DNA from: Myxococcota bacterium
GTDB lineage: Bacteria; Myxococcota_A; Bradymonadia; UBA7976; UBA1532
Direction: 5' to 3'
DNA: 64,000 nucleotides
Assembly: GCA_036337435.1 (NCBI GenBank)
Contig: JAYZEG010000020.1
Coordinates: forward strand, 1 to 64,000
Numbering within the stretch: position 1 is the first letter of the stretch; each line of letters begins with the position of its first letter. The translations under genes and the position numbers were made by a program. The notes under the pieces are model-generated. The model was not told the DNA's origin and did no database searches. It worked only from the letters and a program-made list of their open reading frames with translations. Positions 10,157 to 20,600 of this stretch are shown in pieces.

Positions 10157-12259
10157 ATGGGTAAGCTTGCCCTCAGTATCCCTTTTGGGAATACGGATAT
10201 CACGATAGAAACCGGTCGATTAGCAAAGCTGACAGCTGGTTCTTGTCTCGTCACCATGGGTGAGACAGTAGTTCTCATCACAGTGGCTGGCGGGTCATCA
10301 CCCCGGGCCGGATTCGATTTTCTGCCTTTGACGTGCGAGTACATCGAAAAACAATACGCTGGCGGTAAAATTCCTGGTGGCTATTTCAAGCGAGAGACGC
10401 GACCCGGGCCCGCCGAAGTGCTAAACGCACGAATTATCGACCGACCGATGCGACCACTTTTTCCGAAGACGTGGCGCAAAGAGATCCAGATCATTGCGAC
10501 TGTTCTGAGTTTTGATAAGGAAAACGACCCAGCCATTTGTGCACTGGTTGGCGCATCTGCTGCAACGACCATCAGCGATATCCCGTTCGATGGTCCTATT
10601 GGCGGGTGCCGCGTGGCGCTCATCGACGGCGAATATGTCATCAATCCAACGTTTGAGCAGACAGCGGACGCAAAGCTGTCCCTCATTGTCGCCGCGACTG
10701 AGGATGCTGTTACGATGGTTGAGGGTGAAGGTAAAGAAGCCTCCGAAGCCGAGATGATCGATGCCATCATTGCCGCACACGAAGCGATTAAGCCCATCAT
10801 TAAGCTGCAAAAAGACCTACAGAAGAAGGTCGGACAAACCAAGCAGGACGTCCAAGAAGAGCAGATCGACGCAGATTTGTATGAGCGCGTCGTAGAGCTC
10901 TCTGTAGACAGTCTGTTTGACGCTTTGGCAATTCCAACCAAGACTGAGCGGAAGGCTGCAGTCTCGAGTGCTTGTGCTGCAGTGACTGAGAAATTGGTCG
11001 CTGAGGATGAAGAATTGGCGGGCCGAACCGGTGAGATCAGCGGTTATCTAGAACGCGTGCAGCGGGACATTGTTCGAACTCAAGTCTGTGAATCCGGCGT
11101 CCGTATCGATGGCCGAGGACCTGCAGATATTCGTGCTATCAATTGCGAGATCGGTGTCCTTCCCCGAACTCACGGGTCTGCAATTTTCACGCGTGGGGAA
11201 ACCCAAGCCTTGGCGACCATTACGCTGGGTACCAGGCGGGACGAGCAGCGAATCGATAACCTGCACGGCGACCATTTCGAGCGTTTCATGCTGCACTATA
11301 ATTTCCCGCCCTTCTGTGTGGGCGAAGCACGCATGTTGAGGTCCACCAGTCGTCGAGAAATTGGACATGGCAATCTTGCTTTCCGAGGCGTGTCTCAAAT
11401 TCTTCCTGACCGCGAGGACTTTGCTTATACCATTCGTGTCGTCAGTGAAGTCCTGGAGTCCAATGGCTCATCTTCAATGGCAACGGTCTGCGCGAGTTCG
11501 TTGGCTCTAATGCAGGCTGGTGTACCGACGGTGAAGGATGTCGCTGGTATTGCGATGGGCTTGATCCAGGAAGACGACAAGGTTGCGATCCTGTCTGATA
11601 TTCTGGGAGACGAAGATCACTTAGGCGACATGGACTTCAAGGTCGTTGGCACCGAGGACGGAATCAATGCCCTGCAGATGGACATTAAGATCAAGGGTCT
11701 CGATCGGAAGATTCTCAAAGACGCCTTAGCCCAGGCCCGAGATGGTCGGTTGCACATTCTCAGAGAGATGCGCAAGGCCATTAGCCAGCCAAGCGAGGAG
11801 ATGTCGACCTATGCCCCGCGCATCATTACCACCCACGTTCGTCCCGACAAAATTCGTGACGTCATCGGACCTGGCGGCAAAACCATTCGTGGAATCACCG
11901 AACAAACAGGCTGCTCAGTCGACATTGATGATACCGGTAAGGTTACGATCGCGAGTCCAGATCTCGAATCTGCGAACCGAGCAAAGGAAATCATCGAAGG
12001 TCTTACGGAAGAAGCTGAAGTGGGCCGCATCTACTTCGGAACGGTCCGAAAGATTCTCGAATTCGGTGCCTTTGTCGAGATCTTACCTGGCACAGATGGT
12101 CTGGTTCACATCTCCGAGCTCGCCGACCATCGTGTTGAGAGCGTCGAAGATATCCTGAGCGAAGGCGACGAAGTCTACGTCAAATGCATTGGCGTCGATC
12201 GCCAAGGGAAGATTCGTCTCTCGCGCAAAGAAGCTTTGTCCGAGACAGACGAGCTTTAG
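10157..12259 (+). CDS. pnp: polyribonucleotide nucleotidyltransferase (PNPase)
   Basis: [28 protein letters not shown] and S1 domains; AAGGAG SD before the ATG at 10157. Confidence 0.99.
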   Translation: MGKLALSIPFGNTDITIETGRLAKLTAGSCLVTMGETVVLITVAGGSSPRAGFDFLPLTCEYIEKQYAGGKIPGGYFKRETRPGPAEVLNARIIDRPMRPLFPKTWRKEIQIIATVLSFDKENDPAICALVGASAATTISDIPFDGPIGGCRVALIDGEYVINPTFEQTADAKLSLIVAATEDAVTMVEGEGKEASEAEMIDAIIAAHEAIKPIIKLQKDLQKKVGQTKQDVQEEQIDADLYERVVELSVDSLFDALAIPTKTERKAAVSSACAAVTEKLVAEDEELAGRTGEISGYLERVQRDIVRTQVCESGVRIDGRGPADIRAINCEIGVLPRTHGSAIFTRGETQALATITLGTRRDEQRIDNLHGDHFERFMLHYNFPPFCVGEARMLRSTSRREIGHGNLAFRGVSQILPDREDFAYTIRVVSEVLESNGSSSMATVCASSLALMQAGVPTVKDVAGIAMGLIQEDDKVAILSDILGDEDHLGDMDFKVVGTEDGINALQMDIKIKGLDRKILKDALAQARDGRLHILREMRKAISQPSEEMSTYAPRIITTHVRPDKIRDVIGPGGKTIRGITEQTGCSVDIDDTGKVTIASPDLESANRAKEIIEGLTEEAEVGRIYFGTVRKILEFGAFVEILPGTDGLVHISELADHRVESVEDILSEGDEVYVKCIGVDRQGKIRLSRKEALSETDEL

Positions 12260-12262
12260 CCA

Positions 12263-12715
12263 ATGAAGCGGCTCGGTGTTCGTCGGTTACGAACAGGCAG
12301 CGAGCCTGAGCCGCTCCCACTTCCGTGCTACGCGACTCCGTCCGCAGCGGGAATGGACTTGATGGCTGCCATTGACGAGCCAATTGTCGTCAGTCCGGGC
12401 GAGCGGCGATTGGTTCCGACTGGATTTGCGTTCGAAATCCCAGACGGGTTTGAGGGCCAGATCCGACCCCGCTCGGGCCGTGCATTGCGAGAGGGCCTCA
12501 CCCTGGTAAACTCGCCCGGCACCATCGATTCGGACTATCGAGGTGAGATCTCAGCGATTGTGATAAATCTTGGCCAGGACGATATTACCATCAAGCGAGG
12601 TGAGCGAATCGCGCAGATGGTGATCAGTCCGGTTACGCAACTCGACTGCACAGAACTCGAACAACTGAGTACGACTGAGCGAGGCGTCGGCGGCTTTGGA
12701 CATACTGGACGCTAG
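12263..12715 (+). CDS. dut: dUTP diphosphatase
   Basis: [37 protein letters not shown] (all five dUTPase motifs). Confidence 0.98.
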   Translation: MKRLGVRRLRTGSEPEPLPLPCYATPSAAGMDLMAAIDEPIVVSPGERRLVPTGFAFEIPDGFEGQIRPRSGRALREGLTLVNSPGTIDSDYRGEISAIVINLGQDDITIKRGERIAQMVISPVTQLDCTELEQLSTTERGVGGFGHTGR

Positions 12716-12986
12716 TTTTTAACTTTCGCAATTGTCGATGTGGCCAAAAAGGCGCATAAATTGCCCTCCAGATCGGTGTAAAATGCCGAAGCTTGTTGAA
12801 ATGAGTTGGCTCAGCCCTTAAAAGGGAGGGGCCGTAATTCAAACTTAACTAACTCTGAACGCGTGAGCACGATGTGTCGTTAGTTGAGAACGCGGCTTTC
12901 AGTTGCCTGTCGAACTTGACAACTGGAACTGATTTATCGACGTCGGCGCTGCGACTGTAAGCGTTGTGAGACACGGGGAGGACCCA

Positions 12987-15926
12987 TTGATCTGCTTTAG
13001 ATGTGGTAGCAAGGTTATCGGCAATGCTGCTGTCTGTACCAACTGTGGGCAGAATCTGGGCACACCGAGACGTGTCACGCGAACCATTACATCTTTCAAA
13101 GCCATTGAAATGCGTCGTAAAAGGGCATCTGAAACGCTCTCTGAGCGACCCTACGCCGTGGGTGACTGGATCGATGAGCGATACGTCATTCTTGATTTGG
13201 TGGGCTCTGGGCCAATCGGCTTAGTTTATCGTGCGCGGGAACAAGAGACGGGTCTTGATGTGGCACTCAAAGCCATTCGCCCGGAGTTGCTCGGTGAACC
13301 CCAATTGATTCAAGATTTCTTGGACTCATTTAGGCGTCTTGGCGGACATGATGCGCCCGATGTACTTCGAGTTGTGCCATTGAGAGATCAAGAGCGTGTC
13401 TTGGCGCGAAGTCGGTTCATCACGGGCTTGAGCCTGCGAAAAGTGATGGACCTGCGACAGCAGCAGGGACAGCAGTTTCAATTGCATGAGGTGGGTCCGC
13501 GGATTTTTCAGCTCGTCAGAGCCCTTGAGCAACTACATCGTTCAGCACATCACGGATTTCTAAAGCCGTCTAATATCCTTCTCGAACCAAGCGGTGTTCG
13601 TTTGACAGACTTGGGTCTGTTACAAGCCCTCCCGCAAACTGGTTTTGCACAAGCTCAACAGGATGCTGGTGCTTATGTGTACCTTGCACCAGAAGTACGT
13701 AACGACCAATTGGTTGATGCACGTTCGGATGTCTACACCGTCGGTACCGTTCTGTATGAATTGCTCGCAGGACGTGCGCTTACAGATGGCGCGCCACCAC
13801 TCTCCGAGATTCTTGGTTCAAATGGACGGGAGAAATGGGGGCAGGTCGATAGCCTGATTCAACAGGCCACAGCAGTCGACCCAACGGAACGATTTGAGAG
13901 CATCAGTGATTTTGGAGATGCGTTTGCTGTGGCCTTGGATGCTCAGGCCCTGATCATGGACAAAGACGAGAGCGGTGGTGACACCACTGTTCGACCAATG
14001 GTCGACCCAGGTGTTCCGTCGCTTCCAGCGGCCTTGGTGCAGCCCGTCGATGCCACTGACAGTTATGCGCCCCTTCCTGCTGATGTTGTCGAAATCTCAG
14101 AGGATGGAAGCCAGCCTGGTTTAGCGTCTTTTGAGGAGGTCAGCGAATCGGCCATCGTGTCCATCGTCGATGAGTCTGAGCCCGAGCAGACAGGTTCATC
14201 CGTGGAGTTGAATTTCGGTTCTGTCGTCGAAGAAATCTTCGAAGATGATGCGCCGACGACCGTAGAGGCTCAAGACGCGATCGTCGCTCTGGAGCCTGAA
14301 CCTGAACGTCGTGAAGACACCATGTCCGTTGGACTTGATAGCACGCCTTGGTTCTTGCGAACGCGTGGCGGCTTTCTGGTTGCTGCGGGTTGTATTGTCG
14401 GCCTCGTCGGTGCAATGGTTTTCTACTACATTCAGCACCGCAGAGATGAAGCTCGAAAATATGATGAACCCGTCGCTGTTCATGTATCGAAGTCACCCGA
14501 TGCGAAAGGTGCGAAAGAAACGGTCTCACCCAATGCGATCGGTTCGTCTGACGGTAAAACGAAGCCAGGTGCGGGGGACACACAATCAGACGAGACGCTG
14601 ACGGCGTCTGCTGTATCCAAAGCTGCTCCGGATGCAGCTCAATCCGACCACGCGAACAGTAAAGAGACCGAAAACGCTCGCAAAGCTGAAGAACAAGCCC
14701 GCAAAGACGAAGAACAAGCCCGCAAAGACGAAGAACGAAAGCGAGTGGATGCCGAACAAGCTCGCAAGGATGCCGAACAAGCCCGCAAGGATGAAGAGCG
14801 AAAGCGAGCGGACGCCGAACAAGCCCGTAAGGACGAAGAGAGGGCGCGTAAAGAGGCGGAGCGTAAGCGCAAAGACGAAGAACGTGAGCAGAAGGCCGAG
14901 CAAGAACGCGAGGAAAAGAAAGCGCGGGCTGAGCGGAAGAAAGCGGAACGGGAAGAGAAGAAAGCGCGGGCTGAGCGGAAGAAAGCGGAACGGGAAGAAG
15001 CGCGCATCGCTAAAAAGAAAGCGAAGGAAGAACGAGATCGCAAGCGCAAGGAAAAACGGGAGGCCGAGAAGCGCGAGAAGGCCGAGAACCGGGCCGAAAA
15101 AAAGCGTTTACCCAAACAAAACGCGGCCCGAAAAAAAGCCGAGCGTGAGGAAAAAGCGGCCGAACGTAAACGGAAAAAAGCCGAAGAGCGGCGCGCGCGC
15201 GAGGCACGTGAAGCGCGCCGTCGAGAAGAAAAGGCTGCTAAAGCCGAAGCAAAGCGAAAGGCTGCAGAAGAAAGGAAGCGTCAGGCTGAAGAAAAACGTG
15301 AACAAGAGCTCGCCGCGGCACGCCAACGCGCACGCGAAAATGATGCGATACAAGCGGCGTCGGGTGTTCTCTCGTGTCCCCGTGGTATGCGCTTGATCAG
15401 AACGGCCCGTTTTCCCAAGGGTTCAATCAAATTGGGAAAGATTGTGTCGGGCGAGGGGATTCGCCTGGCGAGAGCAGGAAAAGCATTCTGTATCGACACT
15501 CACGAGTATCCCGGTGCTGGCAGTCGGCCTCGCACCAACATCAACTATGGGGGTGCGAAATCTCTCTGCGAGCGGGCTGGCAAGCGGCTGTGCACAGGTC
15601 GAGAGTGGATGATCGGCTGTTACGGTCGTGGCGGCGGTCGTTTCCCTTACGGAAAGACTTTCAAGGGCGGTGTCTGTAATACTGAGAAAGAAGATGGGTC
15701 TGAAGGCAGTTTGAGCCGAGCGGGTCGTTTCCGAAAGTGTCGGTCCGCCTGGGGCTTGTATGACATGAGTGGGAACGTCGCCGAGTGGACAGACGGAATG
15801 CGTGTCCGTGGCGGCGACTATGGTTCCAGTGATGACGAGGCGTCATGTGCCTCAGGCGGAGGCCGGTCTCCGGGCACCAGCCGCGGAACCATTGGTTTTC
15901 GCTGCTGCAAAGGCTTTAAAGAATAA
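12987..15926 (+). CDS. membrane protein: zinc ribbon, Ser/Thr kinase-like domain (probable pseudokinase), TM helix, long E/R/K helix and FGE-sulfatase (C-type lectin fold) domain
   Basis: CFRC..CTNC; GSGPIG, VALK, HGFLKPSN, DLG, APE, DVY; TM GFLVAAGCIVGLVGAMVFYYI; C-terminal GLYDMSGNVAEW, RGG, GFRC. TTG start at 12987 follows GGAGG. Confidence 0.88.
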   Translation: MICFRCGSKVIGNAAVCTNCGQNLGTPRRVTRTITSFKAIEMRRKRASETLSERPYAVGDWIDERYVILDLVGSGPIGLVYRAREQETGLDVALKAIRPELLGEPQLIQDFLDSFRRLGGHDAPDVLRVVPLRDQERVLARSRFITGLSLRKVMDLRQQQGQQFQLHEVGPRIFQLVRALEQLHRSAHHGFLKPSNILLEPSGVRLTDLGLLQALPQTGFAQAQQDAGAYVYLAPEVRNDQLVDARSDVYTVGTVLYELLAGRALTDGAPPLSEILGSNGREKWGQVDSLIQQATAVDPTERFESISDFGDAFAVALDAQALIMDKDESGGDTTVRPMVDPGVPSLPAALVQPVDATDSYAPLPADVVEISEDGSQPGLASFEEVSESAIVSIVDESEPEQTGSSVELNFGSVVEEIFEDDAPTTVEAQDAIVALEPEPERREDTMSVGLDSTPWFLRTRGGFLVAAGCIVGLVGAMVFYYIQHRRDEARKYDEPVAVHVSKSPDAKGAKETVSPNAIGSSDGKTKPGAGDTQSDETLTASAVSKAAPDAAQSDHANSKETENARKAEEQARKDEEQARKDEERKRVDAEQARKDAEQARKDEERKRADAEQARKDEERARKEAERKRKDEEREQKAEQEREEKKARAERKKAEREEKKARAERKKAEREEARIAKKKAKEERDRKRKEKREAEKREKAENRAEKKRLPKQNAARKKAEREEKAAERKRKKAEERRAREAREARRREEKAAKAEAKRKAAEERKRQAEEKREQELAAARQRARENDAIQAASGVLSCPRGMRLIRTARFPKGSIKLGKIVSGEGIRLARAGKAFCIDTHEYPGAGSRPRTNINYGGAKSLCERAGKRLCTGREWMIGCYGRGGGRFPYGKTFKGGVCNTEKEDGSEGSLSRAGRFRKCRSAWGLYDMSGNVAEWTDGMRVRGGDYGSSDDEASCASGGGRSPGTSRGTIGFRCCKGFKE
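14688..14998 (+). repeat. intragenic tandem repeats (21-bp and 42-bp periods)
   Basis: GAAGAACAAGCCCGCAAAGAC exact twice (14688-14729) then degenerate 21-bp units; a 41-bp exact repeat at 14916 and 14958. Confidence 0.9.
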
Positions 15927-16030
15927 TGAAGCTGCATCTTGGGCTCATCATATGCTCATTGGAGACCAATGGAGTTTCACTATTCTCCACGGCAATTTAA
16001 TAGGCTGCTGTTTCGATTGATAGCCGTTCA

Positions 16031-16549
16031 CTACGGCCTTTGAACACTTGTATTGATGCCACGAGTCTCCACGTCAGCCCTGGCTGGTCTCTCCAAGGCC
16101 AGACGCGCAATTTCATCGGTCATCCTGGCTTTTTCGGTCAGTCCCACCCGCGTGTACGCTTTGGCCAGCATCAAATAAATGGATTTGCGAAATCTCACGG
16201 CATCATTGGCATAGACCAAGATCGGCTGCGGTGTTTTTTGCAGCGTAAGCATTATCTGCCTCAACTTGTGTCGCTTTTCAGCACTCAACCGACCGCGACT
16301 TGCGCCAAAGTAGAGATTGCGCGCACGTTCTATGGTGCGCATCGCTGACTCGACCTGCGTAATGAAGTTTGGAAGGGCTTCTTGGGTCAAGGCATCGACA
16401 GTCGCTGGACTCCCTCTAAGCACCTGTGTTGCATGAATGATCGACGACAACTTCGGTTGCTGTTTTTCGCTCGCAAATGCGCCGCCAGACCACTGGGGCA
16501 GTATCAACACCAAAATTATGCAATACTGAAAGATGTATGCTCGCTTCAT
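16031..16549 (-). CDS. hypothetical secreted helical protein
   Basis: 172-aa ORF with a signal-peptide-like N-terminus ending in AFA; TPR-like helix pair near the C-terminus. Confidence 0.55.
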   Translation of the reverse strand: MKRAYIFQYCIILVLILPQWSGGAFASEKQQPKLSSIIHATQVLRGSPATVDALTQEALPNFITQVESAMRTIERARNLYFGASRGRLSAEKRHKLRQIMLTLQKTPQPILVYANDAVRFRKSIYLMLAKAYTRVGLTEKARMTDEIARLALERPARADVETRGINTSVQRP

Positions 16550-17274
16550 TGCTAAAAGATTGCATAAATACAGGCGTCATTTCTAGCCGATGGTTTATCT
16601 GTACGCTTTTATTGACGACGCTTTGTGCCTATAACGCCCCGCGGGGCGAGACCAGAAATGCTTTCGTTCGGGTGTCTGTATTTGGACCAGCTGTTCCCCA
16701 TCAGGAAATCGAATACGCTCTTGAGGATGCATCAGGTGTGTATACGTTTAGGGTCAAACGAAAAGGGTTCGGACAAGAGAAACAACGTCAAGAAGTCACC
16801 CTGATAACACGTTCGGTATGGGAGAGTTTAACAAATGACCTGCGCGCGAATTGGGCGCAACTCCCTGCCGCCAGGCGAATCAGCTCCAACGTCAATTACG
16901 CTATCGAATTCCGTTTAGGAACGCAGATTGTTCGAAGGCACTTTACCGAGGAACAGCTTCGGTTGGAGGTGCCACTGTGGCGTTGGATGTCACGCCTGCG
17001 GCAATTGGAGTCACAGCGATTTGGCCCAATGGTTTTTTGGGATGGAGACATACCGGGAAAACAGTCTGGATTGTTGTGGCTTTCATCAAAACCGAAAGCC
17101 TTCGTGTCTATTGACTCTATCCCGTTGAATGCAAGTACTCCAGTGCTCCATCTCCGGCTCACTGCTGGACGGCATACAATCCAACTCACCAGGCCGGATG
17201 ATGGCAGTCACTGGTCTTACGACGTGTTGATCAAAGCGGGTGCAACGACTCGATTGGAAGTCGAACTCCGTTAG
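16537..17274 (+). CDS. hypothetical protein with C-terminal PEGA domain (start uncertain)
   Basis: C-terminal LWLSSKPKAFVSID..TPV..L.LTAGRHTIQL..V.IKAG pattern; N-terminal hydrophobic stretch. Confidence 0.65.
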   Translation: MLASLLKDCINTGVISSRWFICTLLLTTLCAYNAPRGETRNAFVRVSVFGPAVPHQEIEYALEDASGVYTFRVKRKGFGQEKQRQEVTLITRSVWESLTNDLRANWAQLPAARRISSNVNYAIEFRLGTQIVRRHFTEEQLRLEVPLWRWMSRLRQLESQRFGPMVFWDGDIPGKQSGLLWLSSKPKAFVSIDSIPLNASTPVLHLRLTAGRHTIQLTRPDDGSHWSYDVLIKAGATTRLEVELR

Positions 17275-17424
17275 AAATTCTTGCGATTAAATCTTTGCTG
17301 ACTTACCCGCTGCATTAAATGCCAAAAAACCGCTGATTTTGAGCCTGTGAGGCCATGGCTCGGTTGTACTTGGCGTCGATCCGAGCTAGGGTCTGTCCAT
17401 GGTAGAATTATCGGAGGTTAGGTT

Positions 17425-17634
17425 ATGAAAAAGCAGCTCGCTGTTTTCACCATTGGTTTGTTTATCATCGGGTGCGGCGCAAAGCCTGCGCCAGCGCCAC
17501 CACCGCCTCCTCCAGCACCCCAAGCAGAGCCGGATCCAAAGCCTTGTGACAATAAGGTGATTGATCCGGCGGATAACCCAGACGCGGTGGATGCCAAAGC
17601 AACGACATCGGGTGAAGGCACTGTAACGCCTTAA
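17425..17634 (+). CDS. small proline-rich lipoprotein
   Basis: GGAGG SD; MKK, hydrophobic core and IIGC lipobox; poly-Pro tract. Confidence 0.8.
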   Translation: MKKQLAVFTIGLFIIGCGAKPAPAPPPPPPAPQAEPDPKPCDNKVIDPADNPDAVDAKATTSGEGTVTP

Positions 17635-17645
17635 CGGACACACTT

Positions 17646-20600
17646 ATGGCAGCATCTGAGCAACAGCGTAACGCATTATTCTCTCTCCGGTTGGAGCAGG
17701 GGGTCGGGAGACTTGTGCTCTCGGAAAGGCGGATTGCCGACCTCCTGGTCATAGACGAGATGCGTTTGAGCCTAGCGGAGCTACCGAGTCGACTTGATAT
17801 GACTGGGGGCGTAGAACGATTTCGTCACCAACGGACGCGGGTGGAACGTTTGGTTGTTCACATCGACGACCACGACCTGAGCCGCTGCTTAGACCGTTAT
17901 CTGGATGATGAGCAGCTGACCAACTTGGAAGCGCGAGCCCTCGATGGCGACCTGATCGTGATTGGAGAAGCCGGTCAGCGGCAAACGCCATTTCTGCTCC
18001 GGATGAGATTAGAGACAGGTACAGTTGGTGCAAAACGCGCTGCCTTGCTGAGCGTCTATGAAGCACGCACCTACGGGCCGTCTGATCTGGCGGCACCGCA
18101 GATGGCGGGGCGATTTTTGAACGCACTTGGCTTTGAGCATGAAAATAATGGGCCAACGGTGATCTCCTTTGATCCGATCGTTGCTATCTTAGATGAAGTC
18201 TCTGCAGAACTTGGGTGGAAATTGCCTGACCACTCAGACTTGAAAATAGCCGAGATCGAGTCGTCCGCGGGGCAAATTCGGCTCGTGTGTGACATGCAAA
18301 GGCCAATTCAGGTTGGGCCGAGGCGTCTCGAGACCAGCTTCGAGAATTCGGCAAAGGTTCGCCGATTCATGGCGGACTATGAAGCCAAGCAACTGTATCA
18401 GAATACTGAAGCACTCATCGATGAGGGGCGCATCGAACGTGCCATAAGGCACTACGACCGACAAAGCGAACTTCATCCAGATAATGCGTTTTTGGCAAAC
18501 CGGCTGATGCAGCTTCAAGTCATGTCTGTTGATACCCTTGCAGATGCAGCCGATACCGCATCAAGACGCCTTGCGCGCTATCCAGAGGACACAGATGCTT
18601 TGTTGACCCTGTCCAATGTGCATTGGCAGCGAGGCCAGATTGATCGCGCCGCTGATCTGTTAGACCGTGTTGCGGACGCGGCCGAAAGACGTGCGGACTT
18701 ATTAGAAGCAGCGCAAGCGAGATGCGCCTTGGCCATTGTCTTGAGCGACAGCGATCCCGACCGCGCATTAGACGCTTTAAAGTCGGCACTGAGTTTGCGC
18801 CGGGGGTTAGTCGCAGCCCGAAAACGCCTATCAGAATTGCAAGCGCAAGCGGGCGATTGGGTTGCCGCGTTGAAAACGCGTGAGAGCATACTCGCGTCTG
18901 AATCAAATGCGGAGCGTCGATGTGACCTTCTGATCGAACTGGGTCATCTCGCTTTGTCTAACGCGAATGATACCTATGCTGCTTTGGGATTTTTTGAGAG
19001 AGCACTCGTTGAAATGCCAGGTCGCATAAGCGCGTTGCTCGGCCTGGCGACGGCACAAGAGCAAAATGACGACTTCTTAAGTGCTGTCAGAACCCTCGAC
19101 CGGGCCTCGCGTTTACTGCAGGAACGCGGTCAGAATGTTGAAGCGGCCGATGTCATCGTCCGTCTTGGGCATCTCTGGACGAAAGAACCGGGTGATGGGA
19201 TTACAACGGCATCACTCCGTTTTCGGCAAGCCTTGATGCTGGTGCCAGGACATCCCGGTGCGTTGTATGGGCTTGCTGATGTGGCCGTGGTCGAGGGTGA
19301 CTACGGTCGGGCTAGGTCTGCATTAGAAGAATTGCTTCGGTCCGTCGATGAAGGACGGGTCGACATCGAAAAAGACCGCTTATATTTACGTCTTGGACAA
19401 ATCCTGCAGACGCTAGGCGAGGAGAGTCGCCTTGCCGTTGTCTATTTTCAAAAGGCCACAGATGGCCCTTGGTCGGTGGCCAAACCGGCTTTTGAAGCGC
19501 TGGAAGACATTCATTCCAAGGCAGAGAGTTTTGGAGATGTTGCACGGGTATTGGAACGCTCGCTGCTCAGGAGCGAGGACGATGATGATCGGGTTGCTCG
19601 GCTTTGTCGACTGACCACCATCGTATCGGAGCGTCACGGTGACCCAACGAGAGCGATCGAATTGCTTGAAGCGGCCGTTTCGAGTCTTCCTCAGCAGCGA
19701 GATCTACTGAATCCGCTGGCCGCTCTTTACAGACACGCCGCCGATACCGAAAAGTTAGCAAATATTTTGGGCCGTCTCGCAGAACTCAACACGGATCCTG
19801 ACGTGCTCGTTGAGATCTATCTTGAGCAGGCGGGTCTGCTGGCCACACAGCTAAACCAAGTTGATCTCGCTGTGGAGGCCTACGCGAAAGCCCTTGGTTG
19901 CGACCCTGCGAATTTAGTGGCTCTGGATGGTCTGATCGACATCACACGCGAGCGCGAACGCTTTGGTGAATTGGCGGCACTGCTTGACCGACGTTCAGTT
20001 CTAAGTGATGGGTCTGAGGCGTCTAGGCTACGATTTGAGTTGGCACAGATTTATGCGCGGCAACTCAAGAGACCCGATGCGGCCATCGAGCAGTTGAAGC
20101 GTGCAAAAGAGAACGATTCAACTGAAACACATGTGCTTCGTCTTCTTGGTGATTTGTATTTTGAAGCGGACAGGCTCGACCTGGCCTTGGTTGAATACGA
20201 GACCTTAAAGTCAATTTATGAGACTGACGGCTATGATGAACCGGTTCCAGGCTTCCTCATGCGAATCGCGGAGGTTTTCGATGGTCTTAACCGATTCAGC
20301 GAGTCTCTCGAGACGATTAAAGCCGCGATCGAGCGGGACCCAGAACGGATACAAACCTATGTTCGTGGGCAAGAGCTTGTTCTCAATGCTGGTCAGCTAT
20401 CGGATGTCTTGGCTGTGCTGAGGTACGGATTGGACAGAGCAGGTCAGCCGAAGGCACGGACCTATCTTTGCGTTCGTCTCGGCCGATTGCTTTGGCGAGA
20501 GCTGCGCAAGCCTGATGAAGCCCGGACTCTGCTCAGCGAAGCGGCGATGTATGAATCGGAGGACCGCGATGTCAGGCGGATGCGAATCGAGATCGCGACG

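Noticed and set aside
12716..12986. Possible RNA gene or promoter in the dut-kinase gap
   Set aside because: No tRNA-like or convincing stable fold; the TTGACA at 12917 lacks a properly spaced -10
14688..14998. Tandem repeats as a CRISPR array
   Set aside because: No unique spacers; periods are multiples of 3 and lie within a coding helix; no cas genes
15370..15926. FGE/CLec domain as a diversity-generating retroelement target
   Set aside because: No reverse transcriptase and no template repeat of the 3' end seen in the window
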